Source: the human T2T-CHM13v2.0 reference genome, Homo sapiens. From it: a stretch of 64,000 nucleotides of DNA. The translations under genes and the position numbers were made by a program. The stretch lies in the NCBI RefSeq assembly GCF_009914755.1, contig NC_060939.1; one strand, given 5' to 3'. Shown here piece after piece: positions 1 to 9,625 of the stretch (the first letter of the stretch is position 1; each line of letters starts with the position of its first letter). The notes below the pieces were generated by a model, which did not search any database, was not told where the DNA came from, and worked only from the letters and a program-made list of their open reading frames with translations.

Positions 1-433
1 GGAAATATCTCATTCAGCAAGAGGCTGGAGACATGGGAAGGATATATAAAGGTCTATGTTGAAATCATATGACATTGAATAAACTTACAGAGTTTGTGGT
101 GAGAACAATGATGGAAATCCTATAAGGAAGGGGTTCAGGTGTGGAAATCAGGGCATGCATGGAACTTAGATGCCAGGAGCATCATGTAGACATTGTGTAA
201 ATGAGGACGGCCTGATGCTTTTCCCACTGACATGCTGCTAGCCAGAGTAAATTAGCCAAGGATCCATTGGTTCACCTTTTCTCCTCCATTCTGCCTGCAC
301 CGTTGTTGTGGGGAAGGAAATCTTAAAAGGGTGCAAGGAAGAGGAACCAACACCACCCACTTTGATTAGTGTTTGTGAGCATCTACTATGGCAGACAGGA
401 CACTCAACATTCGGGGTACTCAGAGTGAGGCAC

Positions 434-552
434 TAGTCCCAGCTTCTCAGGAGGCTGAGGCGGGAGGATCGCTTGAGCCCAGGAGTTCAAGGCTGCAGTG
501 AACTGTGATCACATTACTGCACTCCAGCCTGGGCAACACAGCAAGATCCTGT
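434..552 (+). mobile_element. Alu right monomer (FRAM/AluJ-like)
   Basis: AGTCCCAGCT...GGAGGATCGCTTGAGCCCAGGAG...GCACTCCAGCCTGGGCAAC. Confidence 0.85.
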
Positions 553-3500
553 TTTGTTTTTTTGTTTAAAGTGGGACAGCCCTGTCCTTTAAGGGAAGAC
601 AGAGTGAAATATAATTACAGTGAGAGGCAGAGGAATAAGGATCAGGAGAGAGGTATGAATGCACTGCTAGGCAGAACAGAGTAGAGGGCCTTCTTTCTGA
701 CTGTCAAGATCCAGGCAGGTGTCTTAGAGGGCATGGCAACTGAGCAGTGCTTTGAATTTGAATGGAGCAGGCACCTTTATATGAATAGAACTGGAATAGT
801 CAAAGGTATGGAGAAGGGAAAGTTGAGGGTGTATCTGGGTTTCACTGGATGGTCTGATGTGACTGAGGCCTCAGCTTCATGCAAGGATATCATGGACAAC
901 ATATGGAAAAAGGAGGAGGGGCCAGGCTGTATAGAGCCCTGGGTTGGAAAGAGGAGACAGGAGGGGGCTGTGGGGGCAATGGGAGCCGCTGAGGTGTCCA
1001 GAGCAAGGCATGGAGGGGTGGGCCTTTAAAGAACAAGGCTATGAGAGTTACCCATGACTCAGAAGCACCCAGTGTAGAAGCAGAGTGTCTGGTATGGTGG
1101 AAGTGAGGTGGTTTCTTGTGCATGGAGGTTTCTGAAAAGAAATCTCTACCTTTGGTTTTCTTTCTTCTGGAGAATAAGGCACAGACCTGGGACTTGAACA
1201 TTGGTCTTCTAACCCCTCAGTAACCACCTGCCTCCATCTTATGGGGTCTATTTTTCCTGGTGGGAGAGTCTACCTTTCTGGATTGCTTCTGTCTAATTTC
1301 CATACCCACTTCCATCTCACAAGCCAGCCCACTCTGGGTTTGCAGAGTGGGCCGGCTAAGGATTAATCTGAGAATTGAAATCCCAAGAACTGTGGACTGT
1401 CTGAGACAGAGGACAGAATCAGGTTTCTCCAGGATGACTGGCTCCTGTGGGGAGACCTACTTGCTGGCACGCTTTGGAAGAAAAGGATAGGAAACTGGAT
1501 TTTGAGGGTTTTTTTTTTTTAAATTTAAGTGTATTTATTGGCACCAGGGCCAGTATTAACAAAAACTTAAATTCCCAAGCAGCCTCCTTCACTTCTTGAC
1601 CCGGCAAGGAAATGATTTCCCTGCTTATTCACTCACTTACCAAATATTTGTTGAGCATCTACTATCTGCAGTCTTTGCTCTAGGCACTTTGAAAGCAGGA
1701 ATGAACAGGCGGACAAGTTTCCCGCCCTCCCAGAGTTTGTGTTCTAGTGGAAGACACAGAGAATAAACAAAGGACAAGGAGGTGCAGGAGATGCTGTCTC
1801 ACATCCTTCATCCTTCCAGGCTCATGGCTTCTAGGAGAGGAAACCTTTTCCTGTGCCTGGCCTTCAAGACCCTTCCAAATCGGTGCCCATCCACCTCTCC
1901 AGCCACTTCTGCCCAGCCTCCACTTCAAATGTAAGTATAAAGTAGAACAAGAGATCAGAGCCAGAGATGATAACTAGGTCCAGGTGGGGGCATAGTTATC
2001 TTCCCAAGCTCTGATCTCTTCTTCCACTTTATGCTTTACAACCCAGATTTTCTGGAACCATCCCAATATAAATTTTTTTTTCTTCTCTTATATACTTAAG
2101 CCTCAAGTTAGGCAAAAATCATAACCAGATCCCGAGTTTGTCTTAGAAATTATGTTCACATTTCCGTGCCTCTACTGTTTGTCCTATCACTTTTAGTGGG
2201 GACTGTGTAGTGAATGTGCCCACCTCCCTTGAGCTCGAGAGCTTTGGTCCAGCTCTGTGTCTGCAGGGACATAGCTCAGAGCTCAGCACATGCTGGTACT
2301 CAGAAAGTGCTTTCTAGACAAGTGTCAGACTGGCATGTGGGCTTCATGTGGAGGCAGATCTGCCCACGACCCTTGGAACCAAGCAATATCCAGAGAGGGG
2401 AGTGGCGGTTCTTGAGCTGTTGCCTCCAGCTCTGCAGTGAAGACAGTAGGGAAGGCTGATAGCTGAGCTGGAACCAACTTCAAAGAAATGTGCCTTCCCC
2501 GGCTTCCAATGTGGGTCTGTGGCATCTCTGCAGGCCAGGCCTGGTAGATGTTTATTATACTTAAGAATATATTAAATGCAGGCTCTGAGCTCCGTTCCTG
2601 GCATAGCTCGCCTCTTGCCACTGGCTCTCTGATGACTGAACTGTGCAATCCTGCAGGTGGATGAGCAGAGCCTGGGGCACGTTTCAGCTCAAAAGGGCCA
2701 AATCAAACACTGAGTGTCTCAACTGAGCACATTCCTGAGCTCATTAAACTGGGCGAAGTGAGCCCAGCCGGATGGAGACCAGGGAGGAGACAGACGGTCA
2801 TAGCCCCTGAACACAGCTGGGGCCAGGCAGCAGCGTCTACTCTGGAAAGGGGCTCAGCACTCGGTCCTCTTCCCTCCCTCTCCCTGTCCTGAGTCAGTCC
2901 TTTCCACAGCCCGTTATATCCCCCAACCATGGGGAAGCAGGACTGCACCAGCTTTGGGGGACGGGGATTTGGAGGGTTGAGGTCACCCTCAGCGCTGCCC
3001 AGAAGGAACTTACCAGCGGGCAGGCAGACAGGCTGTGGTGGAACCAGTCAGTCGGCAGGAAAGGATTATGTGAGATGCAAAGCTAATGTGACAGACCACC
3101 CAGCCGGAGAACTGGAAGGGTGGGATTTCATAACCCACGCAGAGTCAATCAAGGCCAAAGGAGTTAGGGAAAGCACAGGGGATGATCCTCATGGTAACTC
3201 TTTGGACGAGGTGCCCATGAAAGATGGACAGGGTGTGGCTTAGCAATTATTTTGCTTCACCTTCAAGCCTGCCTCCTTTGACTGTCCTTTGGTTTTGGAG
3301 CTAATGAATAGTAAATTATTTTAAAAGGCATGCATGACTTGGAATCTTAGTGAGAGATGTTGAATGTTATGCTCATTCATTTGCTTGTGCATTTAGAGAG
3401 AGAGAGAGAGAAGATAATGCAAGAGAAATCAGATGGGTTCTAATTCAGATGAGCTGTAAAGCCTTGGACAAAGTTGCTGAACATCTCTGAATCTGTTTTC

Positions 3501-4419
3501 TATTCTGTAAAAAGAAGAGGATGGTGACACGCTGAGTAGAACTGGTCCCTAAAAAAAATATTGTGCTGGATGTGGGAAAATTCAGGTCAAATAATGTAAC
3601 ATATAAAGGTTTATTTTAGAGGGTTTTTAAGCTTCAATGATATATACGTGAGTCGTGTTAGAACATCCTTTAGTAAAAATCCATGAAGACATAACAAAAG
3701 GAGGAGAGGGACACTGGAGATTGTCACAGCTCTGGGACCACAGAGTGAGTGAGCTAAGGGAAAATCTGGTGCTTGACCACAGAGGGCAGAGGGTCCAGCT
3801 AGGATGAAACTATGTGGGCAGCCCCTCCAGACTGCCCTGGCCATGGGCCCCCCCCCTTGTGTTGATGACATTTTAGAAACAAAAGCCAGGTGCCCATGAA
3901 TAGCCTGAATTAAGGTGGATCAGCACATTGTCTTATGACCCAGCCATGAAAGAGGGGTTGGAGTGAGTTTTGGAGGGAATGTTGGGGACAAAGTAAATGG
4001 GGTAAACGCTTAGGTGGTCAATCAGAGGGCTAGCCTGAGCTTGCAGCCCGTGGGTGTACTGGGTGTGGCACATGCTGTGCAAATGCCCCAAAGGTCGCCA
4101 TTTGATTGACTGCCATCTGGATGATATGTTGGAATGCGGAATGATGGAGCTCATTCTCTTGGAGAAGCGTTACGAGTTGAAATCCTTCCTTTTGCTTTGA
4201 TTGTTTCCATGACACCTGCTGCTCCTAAGAAGGGTCAAGACCACCCCAAATACACACTGCTCAGGGTTCCTGAGAGTATTAAATGAAATACTATAGAGAG
4301 ACGAGCTGAGCCCAGCATGGGGCATGAAGATGCTACTCAAATAGAAGTATCATTACTTGCATTCTTTCATTATTTCCAGAATATATTGAATTTAAAATTA
4401 AATTAAAGATCACTGTCCC

Positions 4420-4900
4420 CATTGCCACAGCATTAATTCCAACTCTTACCACCTCCTACCTGCCTTGAGCAGCAGTTCCTCCACTGCCCATCTTTTTCCA
4501 AACCTTCCCGTGTCTTAGCAGCTCAAAATAGATGTGATTTTTCTCAGAACCCCAGAGCTTCCTCTTGCCTGCCAGGTAAGACCCAAATTAACCTGATGTC
4601 CATGGTGTGGTGCTTGGCCCTGACCTTATGTCTCCAGCCTCATTTCACAGCGTCACTCACCCTGGGCTGTTTGCTGCTCCCTGGTCAGGCCTCTTTCCCA
4701 GCTCCACACCTTTGCATAAGCTCCTCCCTCTGCCTTAGGGTTCCTTCCCTCCTCTCCACTCCAGGGCATGTGGGTCAGTATCAGCCAGGAGCTGCTCATT
4801 TCCTTGAGTGTGGAGACTGAATTCAGCCCTCTCCCCTCAATGTCTACAGCAGTCCCTGGCAATAAATGGTCTCTTCAATGCCTGTTGACTGAATTGAATC
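4420..4900 (+). mobile_element. L2 LINE 3' fragment
   Basis: Pyrimidine-rich L2 body ending CAGTCCCTGGC...GTTGACTGAATTGAAT. Confidence 0.55.
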
Positions 4901-5954
4901 AAGTTTTTAAAAGCCCCATGCAAACGAATTCAATGGAATCGTTATAAGAAATATACAGATTAAGCAACTGACCATATTTAAAAACCTAAATATGAACATC
5001 ATTTGGGCTAGGGAAGCAAGACGACAGGAAAGCAGCCTTTGAAATTGAGCTCCTTCTGCCTGCCAAAGCATTTGCTTTTAGATTGGACGTGGAGGACAGA
5101 CACTCTGTAGGTTTGAACATCTCAGAGTACTTTTCCCACTTCCAAGCTCCTGTATGTATTTACAGAGAGTGAGGCCCATGTTGTAAAGATGAGGACTATA
5201 GGAGCCCTGAGATAGACAGTACAGTTGCTTTCATGGAAGAAGATATGAACCACTGCATTTTCTCTCTGGCGTAATTTGGGCCCCTGGGCCTGGCAGTCCA
5301 GCAGTTAGCCAGGCACCAGTTTCTCCTTGTCCCACTGTTCAGAGGCCTCCCATGTCCTCCTGAAAACACCTGACTTTTTGATCTGTATTATAAACGTGCT
5401 CTGGTCTAGGGTCAGAGACAGAGAGCTGCCTCCTTGGGACCTTGGCTGAGTTTCTACCAGGGCTCTGATTTCCCTTCAGTAAAACAAGGGGGCTGGGCTA
5501 AATGTACTGTCACTGTACAGCTCCAGCTTCCCCAAGAGGTCATCCTTAGGACTCTGAGGAGTTCAGACCACAGACTACAGACCAGGGTCTTCCCTTCTCC
5601 CACACAGCTGGACTCTTTGAACATCAAAGCACTCACTTCCTCATGATCTGCGATTGGCTTGACCGCTCCATGGGCCAGAGTTCCTGATTCCATTTGTCCT
5701 CCTGGGCCCTGGACACTTGGTCCCTTGACACTCCACTTTCAAGAAACAGAGGGCAGGAGCTGCATAAGCTCTTGGTCCTGATTGAGGAGCTGATTTCCAA
5801 AGTAATTAGTGCCTACCCTGTGAGTAATCAGTGCCTTCTGTACAGGATGCAGATGGAGTTGGAGCTCACTCACAAGACTTGACTGACCTGACCCTCGGGG
5901 ATCCATCCACGTGGCCCACCCAAGTAATGCACCTTTTAGAATATTTGCTGAAAT

Positions 5955-5972
5955 AACTGCCACCTGGTGGCA
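5955..5972 (-). promoter_or_regulatory. Candidate CTCF binding site (near-palindromic)
   Basis: Minus strand reads TGCCACCAGGTGGCAGTT, fitting the CTCF core CCASYAGRKGGCRS at every position. Confidence 0.65.
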
Positions 5973-6029
5973 TCTTCTGGGTCAATGTCACTGTCCATGG
6001 TGGTATTTTCTTGTTAATGATATCAGCTA

Positions 6030-6560
6030 CACATCTTTTAAATTCTCCATGCTAAGGGCTTTTTATAGCTCATCTAATTGAACTTTTACCACAACCCTGT
6101 AAATTTGGGTGATCACAGCCATTTTGCAGATCTGGAAACGGATCTGAGAGGCTGAGTGATTCTCTGTCAATGAACCAGCAAATGACAAATTCAGGATTTA
6201 AATCCAGACCAGTTTTACTATAAAGACCAAGCCCTTAACCTTATATTGAATATTTTAATCCTCAAAACAACCCTTTGAGGTAGCTTTTATAACCCACATT
6301 TTGCCGAATAAATCACTGAGATTTGGAGAGTTTATAAGACCTGCTGAAGCTATGTAACCAGGAGGTGGCTGACCTGGGATTTAAACCTAGGGGTGAGCAT
6401 AAGCTCTTTCCATCCGTTTTCTCGCTTACTTCCCACAGCAATCCTGGGAGTTAAGGAGGTACTATCTCTGTTTAGTATATCAGGAAATCAAGGCTCAGAG
6501 AGATTCAGTAATTTTCTCAGGGTTACACAACCAGGAAGTGGCAAGCAGATGGGATCCAAA
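6030..6560 (-). mobile_element. Three consecutive MIR fragments
   Basis: Repeated MIR cores: CCATTTTGCAGATCTGGAAACGG, CACATTTTGCC...ACTGAGA, GAAATCAAGGCTCAGAGAG. Confidence 0.65.
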
Positions 6561-7382
6561 GTTGGTGGTCGTCCCACAGTGTAATACTATACAGAAATCC
6601 ATTTCTGAAATCTGGACGGGTTTTCTTTGGTTTCATTCCGATACACAGAATCATGTTAAGACCTCCACATTTGAAGCCATGTCAATAGTTTTTGGTTTTC
6701 AAAGACTCTGTATGAATCAGCGTGGAAGGTCAAACAGTTAAGACGGAAGAATCTGACATGATGGGGCAGAGAGCTTGGATACATGAGAACGCGCTTACCT
6801 TTGGAACCAAACTCCACCCTGGCCTAATCCCATCAAGGCCACGCAGCACAGTGGACACATCCAGCTCGCAGATTTGTGGCTGATGGGTCCTGGCCTGGGG
6901 CCAGCCTCTCTGGAGGACCAATCCTGGTTGGAGGAGGAGACTTGCTGTAGGGACTTTATGAATGGCATGTGGGTGTGGGCTTAGCCCAGAGCCCTGGGGA
7001 GGAGCAGGACCTGCTGGGCTGGGGCCTCAGACCTGCAAGAGCCACTGGGTAAAGACTTCACTAACTTCGGCTTATTTATTAATTTTAAAATTTAAATTAA
7101 TTTCTATTTTTAATTGATTTTTTTTAATGCAAAGAACCTATTACTTTCCATAGCTGTCCAGAGCTGCATGTCTGAATTTCTGTGTGCAGAAACATAAGTG
7201 ACTCTCCAGGTGTCAGAGGGAGAGACTGGGGCGAGAGGCCAGAGCAAAGTAGAAGGGCACAGAGGGGCTTTGAATTTGAGGCAGAGGAGGAACTGCAGAG
7301 AGGGGGCGGGGAGGGCTCGCCGGGAAATCAAACGTCCATTTACATCTTGTCCTGCAAAGCTTCATCAAAACTTCTTTGCCGG

Positions 7383-7466
7383 CCAGTCACGTCCCCTTAT
7401 CACTTTTCCAGCCCAGCTTTGTGACTGTAAGTGTTGGACGGAGAACTGATAAGGGTAGGTGATTGA
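7383..7466 (+). ncRNA. MIR184: microRNA-184 precursor hairpin (84 nt)
   Basis: CCAGTCACGTCCCCTTATCACTTTTCCAGCCCAGCTTTGTGACTGTAAGTGTTGGACGGAGAACTGATAAGGGTAGGTGATTGA matches the recalled hsa-mir-184 stem-loop; CCCTTATCA pairs with TGATAAGGG. Confidence 0.98.
7435..7456 (+). ncRNA. MIR184: mature miR-184 (3p arm) UGGACGGAGAACUGAUAAGGGU
   Basis: Exact match to the conserved mature miR-184 sequence; seed GGACGGA at 7436-7442. Confidence 0.98.
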
Positions 7467-8335
7467 CACTCACAGCCTCCGGAACCCCCGCGCCGCCTGC
7501 ACTTGCGTGATGGGGAAAACCTGGCGTTCCCGCTCTGGGTGCCCGAGGACAGCAGGGGATTCCAGGAGGAGACCTTGGGCATAGGGGGCCCAGGTATGCG
7601 CCCCCTGCCTGAGGATGCTGGGGTAGCCTTTGTGTTTTGTCAGTGAGATCTCCACTTTGCTTATTCAAAATGTGCTCTCTGCGACTGGGTTTAGGGTCTC
7701 CCCTTGAGAAAAGCGGTTGGGTGGTTGGTGAGGGAAGGGGGCTTATTCCACAGACTTCTTTATAAGGTGAATAAAGGGGTATAGGACTTTTTGGAATTTT
7801 AGGTACTCTTGCTTAAAAAAAAAAAAAGGGAGAGCAGGAATTTCCGTCTGATTTGAGGGAAAGTCCCTTTCCAGACATTTTCTTCAGCTGACAGCTACTC
7901 ACCAAATGCTTTTGTCTTTTTCGGTTTATAGGAACCATGTGCTGAGACAGAAGGTTTCATGACTCTAACTAAACTTATATTCTATTACATTAAAGATGGT
8001 TATTTATTACGTTGTTGATTCAGAATGATCTTTTATAACTCATAATTACTTATACCAAATCAAACTCAATAAATGTCTTAATTGGCACATTGCAGTAACG
8101 GACTGACACATAAGCAAGTCTATACACCTGTGTGTAAAGATGTAAAACCACAGATAAAAATTCCTGTAACTACAAATGCTTCTATTTCCTGGAATGTGAA
8201 TACAGATTAACATGCAATGGATTGCATCTCAGCTGAACAGGTACTTTTTTCTTTTCTTTTCTGCAATTAAATATTATGATTTTACTTAAAGAGTAAATAC
8301 AGTTTTAAAGTTAAATGAAGGTGGTAGATGAACAC

Positions 8336-8650
8336 AGTGGTTCTCAGCCTTAGCTGCTTGTTGGAGTCACCTGGGAGTTTTGAAGGGTCCTGATGCATGG
8401 CAAATTACATCAGAATCTTCAGGATGTGGCTGGGCAAGAGTAGGTTTGAGAACCGTGCAAAAATAATGTGAATTAAGGCATTTAGTGTTCACATGGGGGC
8501 CTTCTCACTTTAATGCAGGAGTATATAAGCTTGGCTATCTGATACTGATGCCTGGATCTCATTCCCAGAGATTCTGATTTAATTGGTCCAGGGTGTGGCC
8601 TGGGCACTGTAGCTGTGCCAGGTGATTGCAAGATACAGTTGAGGCTTTGA
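8336..8650. mobile_element. MER5-family hAT MITEs (two fragments)
   Basis: CAGTGGTTCTCA terminus; GATTCTGATTTAATTGGTC core. Confidence 0.6.
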
Positions 8651-9379
8651 ATATACAGCTGTAATGCCCCCTGACAACTGTGAAAGTCCCAGCACTTAGA
8701 TTGGCTGGGCTCTCAACTTCTGGTATGATCCTCCACATGTCTTTAACTTTTACGATGCCTCAGTTTCCTTTAAAGCAAACTGGAACCTGAGATGATGGGT
8801 GGAATGAATGTCCCCTCAGAGCCTTTCCTGCTCTTCAAGGTGACTGAGGCCCAAGAGTGCTTTCATGAGATTGCAGTTACTGATGAGACTCAGCACTTGT
8901 GTGTCTTGGCTCTGGGTTCAAGAGTGTGGAGAGCGGCTCAGGTGGCCATGGGATGGATAGGCAGAGGCGGCTGGGAGGAGCGGAGAGTCCGGCCCAGAGA
9001 CTCAGCCACCTCCTTCAGACAGAAAGGGGCCAGTTAGGGGCTGGCTGGACAGTGAAGGTGTTGATAAAAAGGGGCTGAGTGTTCCCCACCCTCTGGTGGA
9101 CATATGATGTTGGATATCTCAGGTAGTCACCTGGTGAGACACTGTTGGGCTCAGAACTATAATAAAAACAGAATACATGTCTTTGCAGTTGATTCTCCAA
9201 AGGTTTTATTTTGTTTTTATAGTTCCTCATAACTCTGTCTTTATGCGGCATAAGTGTGTTTCCAATTCTTTTTTGGACTGGTCCAAAAACATACATGTGG
9301 AAAGATTTAAAAAATCCTGCATCATCCTTTGGATTATAAGAATATTAATAATCAAAAGCATAGCTCTCATTTCTTCAGG

Positions 9380-9625
9380 GCTTACTAGGAGTGTCTCTGT
9401 GCAAAACACTTTACTTTTTAATTTTAATTAGCTCATTTAATTTTTACACCAACAGTCTGAGCTAGGTACTACTATGATTACTACTATTATCATCCTCATT
9501 TAATAGTTGAGAATACTGGGTTCCACAGAGGTTAAGTGACATGCACCAGGTTACACAGTAGAGGGCAGAGTCTGGATTTGAATCCAGGACTGTCAGACCC
9601 AAAGGCAAAGTGCTAAACCACCACA
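9380..9625 (-). mobile_element. MIR
   Basis: CAGAGGTTAAGTGACATGCACCAGGTTACACAG...GGATTTGAATCCAGG. Confidence 0.75.

Larger units (their letters stand above)
7295..7625. promoter_or_regulatory. Locally CpG/GC-rich patch around MIR184 with GC box
   Basis: GGGGCGGG at ~7303-7310 and many CpGs (e.g. CCCCGCGCCGCC ~7487-7498) in an otherwise CpG-poor window. Confidence 0.45.

Noticed and set aside
7387-7668. Overlapping GC-rich ORFs or an snRNA-like sequence next to MIR184
   Set aside because: No recognisable protein similarity and no match to U1 or another snRNA on inspection; explained by local GC content
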